From assembly GCA_043228905.1 (NCBI GenBank), contig JBHGNT010000007.1:13702001-13766000 (forward strand): a DNA stretch of 64,000 bases, given 5' to 3'. A model generated the notes under the pieces. It searched no databases and had not been told where the DNA came from. It saw only the letters and a list, made by a program, of their open reading frames with translations. Both the position numbers and the translations under genes were made by a program. The DNA is from Azolla caroliniana (Eukaryota; Plantae; Polypodiophyta). Position 1 is the first letter of the stretch. Each line of letters opens with the position of its first letter. Positions 33,463 to 50,467 of this stretch are shown here, piece by piece.

Positions 33463-34438
33463 CAGAGCCAACTAGTCTTCCTGAATATCACCTAGCCGAA
33501 TTGAGCACAATTAACTTTCAGTCCTATTCTGATTGCCGACTTCAAGGTTCTGATCATAGATTGTGTGTTGTTTTTTCAATTATCCAAGCCGATCCTACTT
33601 CAGGTGACTACAATGATGAGAAGGACGGAGCCAATTGGTCCTCCTACATGTCATCTAGCTAAATGAAGCACGGATGGGGTTGTTCTTGGAGCCAAATCTC
33701 CTTCCACCAATTATGACGAGTGAGTTGGCAGCACCAGATGACTTGACCAATTGCCGCCTAACTTGATGACGTGCAATTTTAGGCCGTCTGATTTGGAGTC
33801 CCGCTTCGAGTGGTTACAATCACATAGACAAAGAGCATTCAGCTAGCCTACTGTAGAGGTGATTTAACACAATGAAGTGCAAACCCGTAGTTGTTCCTTC
33901 TCAGGCAAAAAGATGATCTTGTGGAAGTTTCTGAAAAGAAGATCTCAACTAACTAAAATCTCAGAACCTGTTATACCATAATGTAGTTGATAGAAAGATC
34001 TTCAGATGGTTTCCATAGGAGTGCAGATGAGGACAAGAAGACAACCGGTTGCAGAATCAAAACACCAAGCTCTGATACCAGATGTTGGAACCAACCGTCA
34101 TGTGCGGAACAAGAATTAGCACTTTTCCTATGCAAATCTCAAGTAGGTAGCAAACAGTAACAGATTTGGTGAGTAAAGACAACGTAATCAGTGACAAGAT
34201 CAAAGAGAAGACAAGGAGAAGAGAGACACAAGGTACAAGACAATGTAATTGTATTATTATGCTCAACGTTGCAATGGCACAGTAAAACATGAACAACTAG
34301 CCAACTTGGTTACAAGATTCTATTTAAATACCAACTAACTTAGGGCAACTACCCTTTCCACTATTTACATAAATAGCCTAAAACCTAGTATGTCCAAATA
34401 GGACAGTGTGAATACGTCCTTATTTCCCGTATTCGACA
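33463..34438 (-). mobile_element. 5' part (LTR, PBS, leader) of a D-related copia element G
   Basis: LTR 34083-34438 begins TGTCGAATAC on the minus strand, like D. PBS complement at 34069-34080. The leader is cut by the Z 3' LTR. Confidence 0.82.
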
Positions 34439-35743
34439 GCACGGACGGTATGACTCGTTTCAGGAGGAATCATATAAAGTAGAAAGGGCAAGATCAAAGT
34501 TCTTGCTTAAATGAGGTGGTTCTCCCATGATGCTCAAATCTTCGACGAGATCTAAGTGGAACTACCAGGCGCCTAGGTGGTTGTTTCTGTCGACGGCTCC
34601 CAATATTGTACATGGGATGTAAATATGTATGTATAGCTAGAGCACAAGTGGGTTAGCATAGTCATGTTACCCAGATATCTTTGTTATAAAAGAGTTCATT
34701 GGGATAAGTAGAGACGGGGTAAAATGGGGCTCATTTCAGTTTTGTTGGAGATAGGGGCCGCATGAGTTTTTGTTGTTTTTTACTAGTTCTAGAGTTGTTT
34801 CTCCGGGTTGTAGATTATGATCCCATTGTGGATTCGGGTTGAACTCTATTGTATTCTGTTTGCAAACTAACGCGAAGTAGTGTTTTTTGGAAAAAGAAGA
34901 AGAAGTGCTATAATACTCCTTAAAATTAGAAGGGCGTGTGATTTTTCTTCACAATAAGGTAATGGTTGTGTACACTCAAAATAAGCCCACAACTTTAGTT
35001 CTAGTTGGGACCTAGTGCACTCTCAACAAGAAATGTTTGAGATTGGTTGTCAATTGGCAGTCATTAAAGTGCACTCCATGTTGTAATTTTCCACCAACCA
35101 TGATATTGAAAAGTCTTTAATCTTAATTCAATTGTAAATTGAAACTAGGCTTGGTAAATGCATAAAATCTTAGTTTTTTGCCATGCAAGAACATGGCATT
35201 CAAAACTATGCGAATTAACTTTCTCATACCTCCTATGCATGATCATATTCATAATCCCCTTTGCTTATTAGTGCCATGCCTCTTCGAATTGGTGGCCAAA
35301 GTGGGTCTTATGTTTGTTCACTAAAGGTAGAGCTTGGCTCATATATATGATGGTACATTGTTGAAAGTTCCATGCAACATAACAATCCTATCTTCCATTC
35401 CGTGTGAAATTTCTCCTTTAGTGGAATGGTGGGGAAGGGGGCTATCTTTAGTGGTCCCTTCTGAAATACTAACACTTTTCAAATGACAAGTCTTTCTTTC
35501 TTTCTCTTTTTCAAAGGACTAATTACTTCTTGTTAGCACACAATTTTCAGTATCATTAATAGGGATACTAATGTTCGCTTTTTGCTAGATTTTCAATCAA
35601 GGTGCCAAAACTTTACTCTTCCAAAGCATAAAGTGGTATGTAGCTAGCTACCTTAGTTAGACATTGGGGTGGGTCTATCGTGCCACCCAAAGAAGAATGA
35701 GAGAGAAATGGGTCCTTGTTTGATGGACTCCATGGACATGCAG

Positions 35744-35858
35744 ACAAGAGTGAATAGGATCTATGGAGTACCACAAACAAGAGTGAATAGGCTCTATGGA
35801 GTACCACAAACAAGTGTGAATAAGGTCCATGGAGTACCACAAACAAGGGTGAATAGGC
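35744..35858. repeat. 33-bp tandem repeat (~3.5 copies) upstream of the TPR gene
   Basis: ACAAGAGTGAATAGG(A/C)TCTATGGAGTACCACAA at 35744, 35777, 35810 and 35843. Confidence 0.9.
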
Positions 35859-35987
35859 TGAAAGAAAAGTAAAGTAAATTTGGTTCCGCGATCCTCACAC
35901 TTTAAAGAGATACCTTTATGATTATGTGAGGTAGTCTTAGAGCACCTTCAGAGGTCCGATGTTGTGACAAGATGGAACCCCCCCAAA

Positions 35988-36005
35988 AATAATAATAATA
36001 ATAAT

Positions 36006-36054
<49 letters not shown>
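35988..36054. repeat. (AAT)n(GA)n compound microsatellite
   Basis: Directly visible. Confidence 0.95.
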
Positions 36055-36057
<3 letters not shown>

Positions 36058-37163
36058 ATATACATATACATATGCTACTCTTGCCATTGCGGGTAGGTGG
36101 TGAATTTCATTTAGACATGTTTTTGTTGTTGTCACTTGCTAATAGTATGTAATCAAATGCAGAGGAAAAAAAGGTTGCAGACAAAAAACAAACACTCTTT
36201 CCATTGCAAGGCATGTGCGGGCTCGAGAGAGCATGCAAAATTTTGGATACAAGATCAATGGCTTGCTCACATTATGCTTCCTTTCGGACACGACAAGAGA
36301 TGGGTGAAAGAAGACAAAAAAAAAAAAAAAAGGCCATCTTGGAGGTGTGTCATATCGTAGTATGAAGTCGAAGGCCATGTTTTGTTGGTACTGCCCCGCC
36401 ACCTCATTCATTATGTTTGTTTCTTCAAAGAAAGAAAAGAGAGATCCCTCCCAGGCACTGAGGCAGGGGTTAATAATAATGGTGGGGTGCATCGTGGACC
36501 TATTCCAACCCTTCTTCATCAATGAGCAAAAAGCAAGTATCAACTTTACACTTGTGTTTTTTTTTTTTTTATTGATTTTTATCCCTGTTTTTTTTTTTTT
36601 TGTTGCAAATTCTTTCAGCTTTATGAATGAATGGATAAGCATGCGATGCATCTGCATATGTAATGCTCATACATTTTTATATAACTCTGTGCACGCACAC
36701 TTTGCTTTTTGACTTTATCTTAAGAAGCCCTTTTTATTTTTACCTTAAATGTATTAATGTAGCCACCAGGTCTCTCAGATCTATATACCTTTGTTCATAC
36801 TACATTCATGTATCTCTGCTCGTTTTTCTTCAACACAAAAGCTTTTGCATCTCTTTTCCCTTCCCTTATACAAAACTTTGCTTTCATTTCTTTTCCTCAT
36901 ACAAACCATTTTCTTTAGCGTCTCAATTTTTTTTCTGATACATACCATACCTGTTTTTGTGGGACTATCTTATTGCTCCTAAACCTCTCTCCAATTTTTC
37001 TGTCTTTCATTTTTTGCATTGATTTTCCCTGTTTCTCCCAAGTTTTTCCCCCACTTCTCCCAGCTTTTCCCACATTTTTGTCCACAATTGTTTAGATTCT
37101 TCAATTTTGGATAGTCTGCATCCTCATTAAATTTTTAGTCTTTGATTACAAACTGTTAACAAC

Positions 37164-39290
37164 ATGACATTGTCAAGTACAAATCACAATGAGGCAGGGG
37201 CAGAGTGCATGGCGATGATGATCGGCCGCCACATTCCAAGCGTGGAAGAGAAGATAAGAGCATCTGAATCTTTCCAAAAAGACGTCTTAGTGGCAGCCCA
37301 CATGGAAGCGCTTCATGATGCTTACATACTAGAGATGGGCTCACATGAACACTCCATGCACAAGATTAAAGTTGAGATTTCAAGCCCCACATCCATACAT
37401 TCAATCTCATCCTTAAAGCCATCTACATTGAAACAACTTAAGGTTGGCAAGGTTCATCGACAACGAGTTGTCCGAGGTACCCTATGCGTGAACACGCTTT
37501 GCACCAAGGTTGGCCCCTCAGGGGCAGGTCAGACCCCGATCGCTGTGAATGTGTTGGAAGATGAAGAAGGTAACGCCACACCTATCTACATCGTTTGCAA
37601 TACAATGATGAAAAATGATATTTGTAATGTGGACTCTGCTCAAGCTCAAGTTATGTTCCCTACGGGTTCAAAGGTTGCCATTAAGGAGCCTTATCTGACT
37701 CGCTTGCCTTATGGAGAGGTGGTCTTGTCAGTGGAGAATAGCACCGATGTGGTGTTCTTATGGGTGCCCGATCAATCACGTTCTGATGATGATATAAACA
37801 TGGGGTCTAAAACTGACGAAGAAGAATTTAATGCTCATGGCACACTAAATGTCATCAATAATGTGATTTTGGATGTTGTAGATCATGAAGAGACATCAAA
37901 AGATTTTGGTTCACTGGATGTGATCAATAACATAGGAGTATGTGATATAAAGAATGTAGATATTGCAGAAAATCAGGAGAAGACACTGGAAGTAGAAGAA
38001 TTAGTTCATGATTCACTAGCTGTGATGGATAACATTGGAATATGTGGCACAAAGAATGCGGATATTGAAGATCACGAGGAGACATTGGAAGACAAATATT
38101 TCGGTCATGGTTCACTTGATGTGTCTGATGACATAAGAAAATGTGACATGAAGGATGTGGATATTGAAGTTTCTGAGGGGAAATCAAAAGTTGAACATGG
38201 TCCACTAGGTGTGGTCAAGAATGTTGGATGCAGAACATTAAAGGAGGTGGGTGTAGATGAGCAGGAGACACAGGAAACCGATATCCAAGAAAAATTAGGC
38301 CATATTGATGAGGCGAATGTGGTCGACAATGCTCCAAAGTATGAAGCCAATGCTTGTCCTGAGGCTGAGGACACCAATGATGGATCTAAGTGCAAGGAGG
38401 ATGAAAATAATGTAGTCGTCAACAATGTGGATAAAATCGAAAAGGTCGATGAGCTGACTTCTAACAAAAGTGGCAGTGATCATGTCGGATTGGCTGATGG
38501 ATTGAATGAGTCCGAAGATGTCATGAAGCCTAGTATTGGAATTGAAGAGAAAGATGAAGATGAAAATGAAAATGAAAATGATAGAATTGGCTCTGGAAAT
38601 AGATCTGTTGAACATCACGGTGTAGAGATGGAAGATGTGATTGGAAATGGAGATGGAGATTCCAGAGTGTATGATCCGATTGTCCTAAATGGTGTGCGAA
38701 GCAGAGATAAAGATGTAATGCAGTATACGACAGCATCGGAGGAGAGGATCTTAGTACAAAAAGAGGAGGAAACTGATGCCGATGCAAGCATTTTACGAAC
38801 AAAAGGGAATGAACTTTTCACAAGAGGAGAATTTATAAAAGCTGGGGAAATGTACACAAGGGCATTGAAAGCGGCAGCGGCAGTAACAACCCATATATTG
38901 TTATCGAATGGAAGTGATGTGCTTGATACTGACAATGAGAGATTGAAAATGGAGGAGGTGCTATGTTTTTCGAATCGTGCCGAGGTATGGCTACGGCTCG
39001 GTGATGACAAGAAAGCCTTTGCGGATGCCGATGCAGCAATGGCTGCGATTCATCTCCTTCAAAAGTTCAATCGATCAGGTCAACAACATACCAATGTAGC
39101 AATGGCCAAAGCGCTCTTTCGCAAAGGCCGAGCCCTAATGGGTCTCCGGCGCTACCATGAGGCATTAGTGCTTTTCTATCACTTGCAACATCTCTCCAAA
39201 GACCCTCACCTATTCAAAGCCATCACCACTTGTAAATCTCGCCTAGCCCACCGAGGCATGAAGAATGGTCGTGCCAAACCCTCACAATGA
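37164..39290 (+). CDS. Intronless 708-aa protein: conserved N-terminal beta-rich (OB-like) domain, acidic repeat linker and C-terminal TPR repeats
   Basis: Long open ORF in AT-rich surroundings. TPR motifs LRTKGNELFTRGEFIKAGEMYTRAL, FSNRAEVWLRLGDDKKAFADADAA and AKALFRKGRALMGLRRYHEAL. N-terminal LKP..L..H..VLEDEEG..FPTG..VAIKEPY..V....DVVFL motif. Confidence 0.85.
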   Translation: MTLSSTNHNEAGAECMAMMIGRHIPSVEEKIRASESFQKDVLVAAHMEALHDAYILEMGSHEHSMHKIKVEISSPTSIHSISSLKPSTLKQLKVGKVHRQRVVRGTLCVNTLCTKVGPSGAGQTPIAVNVLEDEEGNATPIYIVCNTMMKNDICNVDSAQAQVMFPTGSKVAIKEPYLTRLPYGEVVLSVENSTDVVFLWVPDQSRSDDDINMGSKTDEEEFNAHGTLNVINNVILDVVDHEETSKDFGSLDVINNIGVCDIKNVDIAENQEKTLEVEELVHDSLAVMDNIGICGTKNADIEDHEETLEDKYFGHGSLDVSDDIRKCDMKDVDIEVSEGKSKVEHGPLGVVKNVGCRTLKEVGVDEQETQETDIQEKLGHIDEANVVDNAPKYEANACPEAEDTNDGSKCKEDENNVVVNNVDKIEKVDELTSNKSGSDHVGLADGLNESEDVMKPSIGIEEKDEDENENENDRIGSGNRSVEHHGVEMEDVIGNGDGDSRVYDPIVLNGVRSRDKDVMQYTTASEERILVQKEEETDADASILRTKGNELFTRGEFIKAGEMYTRALKAAAAVTTHILLSNGSDVLDTDNERLKMEEVLCFSNRAEVWLRLGDDKKAFADADAAMAAIHLLQKFNRSGQQHTNVAMAKALFRKGRALMGLRRYHEALVLFYHLQHLSKDPHLFKAITTCKSRLAHRGMKNGRAKPSQ

Positions 39291-40995
39291 CCACCACCAC
39301 CATCGTCATGGAAACAAAAAATGAGCATTCCTTCTCATTATCAGATGTAGCTATGTTCAAAAATACACAGGAAAAATCATGTGCCAACCTCTCTGGAAAC
39401 TACCATCATTGCCCTCAAAAAGCAAAACAAAAAAAAAGAATAATCATCACTTATCACAAGATGTAGATCCTCCAAGAGAAGACGTTATATTTGAACCCAA
39501 AAAAGTTAGCGACAATGGTAATTTTTCCCAGTGCTTTAACAATTTGGGAATCCGAAAACCACCTCCTGTTACTTCAATAAATGGTCCATTTTCTCAGCAA
39601 TCTTTGGATGTAAAGTCATTGTAACGAGTGAACCCAAGTTAATCAGCACCAGTAGTGCTGATTCAGTGAAACTATTGTTGGCAGTTGTGGAACAATTTCA
39701 GAATCCGAAAACCACATCTTGTTCCTGCACTTTATCGCATGGTTTTCATGTTTTTCTATGTAAAGAGTTCTCTTTCATTTAATCTCCATCCACCTCTGGC
39801 AATGTTTCCGCTTTTAAAGTTATATCAGTACCCAGGTTCATTGCATATGTTCGTATTTGGCAAGGAAGTTTTAAATGACAATGCAATTCAAGACCAACTA
39901 TTGCTGGTTTTGGCGGTGCCAGGGTCAGGGGGCATATGTCGGCTTTCCAAACTTAATGGATATTATGTGATACACACTCCCAAACTCCAAAATAAAATGC
40001 CCTTGCTTATCAAAACATTAATAGAGAGGATCGGCATTGGCACATCAAAGACGAGCTCCTGCACAATCATGAAGAGGATGGGTATTGATACCTCAAAGTG
40101 GAGCTCCAGCGTGAAAAACAAAGTAGATCAGTTTAGAGTCTTTATCATCCGAACCAAGAGTGTAATATGTCAGTTGTTTACAACAAATTCATTTAAAGGA
40201 TTCAATGTCATAACAGTTTCTAAAGTAAAAGATTTTCTATGATGTTTATTCACTTGTTACATCAATGGCAATGTACATCCCAAATTGCTAAGTTTCTTTT
40301 AAAAAACATGGTGCTCCGGACCTAGAATTAGGATGTATTATGCTAAGGTAGAATTTACCAATGATCATATGCTGACTAAGGAGAAGTTTACATTAAGGGA
40401 GGATGTTGGAAGCTATTATAATATGTGAATCCAAATATAGATCAAATGAGCTATTAGACCCAACAATGATGATCACATCTTACAATGAGTTTCTCACATT
40501 GAATATAAACATCATAAATCTATTAACTACTTTCCATTACTTCTATTTGATTTCCCAATCTTTGAAGCATTTGCTTATATTTTGTAGTTCTATTACGCAA
40601 CACACAATACATCAACATCAAATAATTTCATGTCTTTACTGTGTCTGCATGATTAAAATATTCTATTTTTTGTCTTCATTGAGTAGTAACACTCTTAAAC
40701 CCCACCCAACACATGGATAACTTGAAGCTAGGGATGATGTTTTGCATTTGGATCTCAACTCAATCAAAGATATCATTAATCAGACGCAAATTATTCCATA
40801 CCATTATGATAAGTTGCTAAAAATTCCAAGAAATCCTAAAGAGTATTAGTGATAAGTTGATTATCTTTATGAATAATCTTAGAACTAAATTACTTCAGGT
40901 TCTCCGGTTTAGGATTCAACCCATGTAGAGTGGACATAGTAGTTTTATGTAATACTAGGAGGTTGCATTAAATATGTCATGAACCTTTACTCTTG

Positions 40996-42977
40996 TCAAT
41001 CTGCACGCTTGGACCATGACCATCGTCTCTCTCTCAACGGACTATCACCGTTTTGTTCCTGATGAATTGACCATGATGGCACATAATGTATAGTTTTGGA
41101 AGTTAGTTTTACAATAAGCACCAAGATTCAAGAAATGTATTGTTGTGCCATGGCAATGATATCCATTAATTGTTCAATGATTGTCCTAGATCCAAATGCT
41201 AATTATATACTTCAATATGCAACAATCATGTAAATTCTGATCTCTACAAATGCTTGATGCTCATACTATAGCTATACACAAAGAGTTTACTTACTATGCC
41301 TTCTTGTCGGGGTGCCCGAGATGCTTGAGCCATAGTATTTTGTATCAATTCCATGACCCGAGTTTGGACAAATTCCGAACCTTTTGCCCAATATTCATAT
41401 GCGACATCTCCGGCCCTCATTGAGAGCTCGTTCAAGTTGCGATCAATTTCAACTTCATGTGTGGCTACCATAGGCCTCAGAAAGGATGAATAAACATACG
41501 TAGTTCCCTAAGGAATTAAAACACCAACAGATTAATTAGGTCGAGAAACCAGTATAAGACAAGTTTTGGACATAATCTCCCATGTACAAGGGACGAGATC
41601 CATCCCACTTTTCCATCATGTTTACACCTTGCCTCTACATTATGTTCGTAATGTACTTTGGTCAGGAATCGCAATGTGCTAATCATTCGACCATAGTTGG
41701 AAATTTTCAAAGGCTTCGAATTGTATGAAAAGAGAAATTTTTCATTTGGTGGATAAGTAGATCAACATACCAATGTCTTTGGAGCCCACAAATAAATGAT
41801 GAAAGCTAGTTTTGCCTCATTGTAAAAAGGCAACCTGGCTTAGTGGACTGAATTAGTAGTGAATTGAAAACATCCGACTTGTCTTTTCGAAAATGCTTAA
41901 TACAAAAGGAAATATAATGTATGTGCATAGACATGCGTGTATGGATGTATGTATGTATGTATGTATGTATCAAGAGCATATAATTGGTATGCAGTATGTA
42001 TGTATGTATGTATGTATGCATCAAGAACATATATAATTAGAATTTAGTAATGTGGTACCATGAAATAAAGATATCCCCAAGCCTCTCTAGAATGGTTACA
42101 ATGGCAATGACGATCCTGCAAAAAGCATGTGGAAAGGAGTAAAGAAATTAGAATCCAAAATCAATAGAGATTGGAGGTCAAATATGACCCATGAGACCCA
42201 AAGTGAAACATTTGTGCAAAGTGTGTATGGAGCTTATTATATTAGTGATTCTCATGAATTTTACAGTTGTAGTAGTCTAGGCGAACATTGGAACTACAAG
42301 AGAAATGTCCAAGTAGTAATTCCTAAGGGTGTGTGAAGAAGGCTGCCGACGAAAAAACTAGAAGGTCCATGGTTACAATCCATATCCGTGAATGGTCGCG
42401 AGAGGGTTCAAGCACTACAACTAACTAAAATTATGCCTGCATATACTGAATGAGAGAGAGGGTTCACGCCCAAAATTTTGGCTTTTACCCACTAGAGATG
42501 GGTAGGCTACTGCTGTATTCCTACTAATACAAGAAAAAAAGCAGGTACCTTATTGATAAAATCTTGAAATCATATTTACTAAAGAAAATCTAAATAGTAA
42601 TGCAAATTTGAGAGAGAGAGAGTTATAAAGGCATAATAATAGATGGCAATGAAGAAGCGAATAAAATAGAAAAGAGTGAGAGGGAGAGGGAGAGGGAGAG
42701 GGAGAGACCAATATTGGCACCAGAATTCGAGTTGTTTGGTGTCGGGTTTTGGGATCTCCACGGATTTGTAGCATTTATAGGCGGGATAAGCATAGCCCAG
42801 AGCCATTCTGCACATTCACAACCCCACATTAATAACACAAAAACATGATCCAAATTGCTGTTGTTTGTTGTTGGGTCACAATCGCTGCATTCCATTCGTA
42901 TGGAACGTGAGTGTGGGTGTAAGATGAGTATTTTTTATAACTCACATCAGGGCTCTGGTTAGAAGAGAACCCATCAT
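40996..42977 (-). CDS. HVA22: HVA22-like protein (TB2/DP1/HVA22, REEP family), ~175 aa, 6 coding exons
   Basis: Exons 42977-42946, 42807-42709, 42115-42059, 41834-41771, 41507-41295 and 41058-40996 total 528 nt, all GT-AG and in frame. Protein reads MMGSLLTRALIMALGYAYPAYKCYK..FWCQYW..WLPFYNEAKLAFIIYLWAPKT.GTTYVY..HEVEIDRNL. The last exon is less certain. Confidence 0.9.
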
Positions 42978-44711
42978 TGTAATATGAGGCAATCTGCTTT
43001 TTTGCTTTTGCTTCTGCTTTTGCTTCTGGAGAGGAAGGGGAGAGACTCGGGAGAGAAAGCAAAAAGGGGGGAGAGACGGAAAAGCAAGGGACTATGAAAA
43101 GACACAAAAGCCAACACCAACAGACACACACCCTTAAATGCCGAACTTTAATCATAAATATACATATATATAAAATGGGTATTTTTTGACCCTACCTTTA
43201 CCAACGTGACCATTTCATTTATTTTGTCAAGGGTCTCTCGCCTCTCCATAATTTTTCATGCATTTGTATTTTGCGCCCCATTTTCCATGCCCCGACATAG
43301 AGCCCTTGAGAGGTTGTCAGCCCGGCCGTTAGATGTCGGAGCCATTTAGTATTTGTTTCATTTTTCTTATTTGGCTTCAAGAAAACCCTCCCAACAAGCC
43401 TGGTAGTTGAACACAATAATGCCGGTGCCATTATAAGAGCACCAATTAATCAAGTTAAACATGTCACTAACATTACACGTCATCACTTCTCATCAAAGTT
43501 TCACGGGTAAGTTTCGAAAGCTCCCTCATATTCTTGTCATCATTTTCCTTCCATAATCTCCCAATTTGTTTATGGTTTTTCGGCAATTACCTTCAAACGT
43601 TTAAGATTAGAATCTCAATTGACGTTGCAGAAGGGTGGTTAAATGGATGAAACAACAGTATGTGTAATTTAGAATTCTACTTCTTACTGATGTAGCAAAG
43701 GGGCAGTTAAATGGATAAAACAAGCGTATATGTAATTTAGAATTCTACTTCTTATGACACCCCTCAATTGATTATAAATAAGCCATGGATTGTGATTATT
43801 ATTTAAAAATTAAAACAAGTAGAAATCTAATGTAATTCAAAGTGCCTTAGCTACAAGGCCACCCTACAAATAGCTATAACACTTGCATGCTATGGATAAG
43901 TGTAAAATGCACATCTACCGAATAAATACATGACCATGATTACATGGCAAAAATCTATGACTGCCCTCAAATCTAACACTATAAGAGAAGAGAAATAAAC
44001 ATTATCGACTAATACAAAAAAACCCCAACAAAGTTTTGCCATTCAACACAACTAAAATAAGAGCTAATGGCAAACAACAGCAATACCACCCACAATGTGC
44101 AAATACCCAATTCGATCCACAAAAAAGAGACCAATATATAAAACAGTTCAATATGCAAGAAACATCAATAACTCATTCAATGCAAATTACCAAGCCATTT
44201 GCATTGCTCTGCATGTAAAACTTAGTAAAACACACTTCCAGAGAATGGGCAAAACTATATATACATACCCCTTTAGTGCATCTCACAAAACTAATGAATT
44301 GGTCAAAACGCAGAATTGAAACTAAATGGCTTTTTTAACTTTGCTTGCCCTTGGCAAAAGAGTCTATTGTTTCAAGCTGAATGAAAATTAGGCAGCTACA
44401 TATACTCCTCCCTCCTTCCATTCCACAAAACTAATGAATTGTTTAAATCAAACAACAAAAAATGACTTCTTCAACTTTCGTTTGCCCTCTTTCAGGAAAC
44501 ACGTTAATACTGTAAATAATGTGCATGTCAAGTTACTATGATACACTCATGCCAGCAAGCAATCCCCAAAATTTCTTGAAGCGTAGATTCGCTTCAGTCA
44601 AGACTACCTTCCAAAAAGCATCCTTGGTGCAAGAAAGGCAGCCATTCACTCATTCATTATCACTTGCCAAATACACAGCAATCTGAAATAGCATAATTTT
44701 ACTGCAACCAC

Positions 44712-50086
<5,375 letters not shown>

Positions 50087-50175
50087 GACTTCTCCTGTTT
50101 CTTTTCTTTTCTTTTCTTCCTTCGATCGACCTTCTTCTGTTTGCTTCGATGAGTCTGAGTAATGTAGGCTGTAGC

Positions 50176-50230
50176 TAGGGTTTACTGGTGGTGTCAACAG
50201 AAACGACAATGAGTGGCGTATTAGGGTTTT
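50176..50230 (-). promoter_or_regulatory. Two telo-box motifs (AAACCCTA) upstream of the PRMT10 ATG
   Basis: TAGGGTTT at 50176-50183 and TTAGGGTTTT at 50221-50230. Confidence 0.55.
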
Positions 50231-50267
50231 CTTTCCCTCTCATATGCAAACTCAAACTCAAAAGCTC

Positions 50268-50467
50268 GAGGGGTATGCGGCGCAATTTCCAAAACCTTTC
50301 ATAGAAGGGGTATGTATAGTTGGCAATTTTCAAAGCCTTTCATAAAAAGGGTATGGTCGGCAATTTTCAAAGCCTTTCATAAAAAGGGTTATGGTCGGGC
50401 AACTTCCAAAACCTTTCATAAAAAGGGGTATATGGTGGGCGATTTTCAAAGCCTTTCATAAGGGGGG
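50268..50467. repeat. ~37-41-bp tandem repeat (5 copies) in the PRMT10 proximal promoter
   Basis: GGCAATTTTCAAAGCCTTTCATAAAAAGGGTAT and variants. Confidence 0.88.

Noticed and set aside
35902-36982. Short hydrophobic ORFs upstream of the TPR gene
   Set aside because: Derived from microsatellites and poly-T/A tracts.
39685-40242. 185-aa ORF as a separate gene or as the missing SET domain
   Set aside because: Non-ATG start, no SET motifs (GxG, NHSC, ELxxxY) and no recognisable homology.
43638-44490. Small local duplications (~68-bp period at 43638/43706; ~140-bp period at 44284/44424)
   Set aside because: Ordinary intergenic or UTR tandem duplications with no sign of function.
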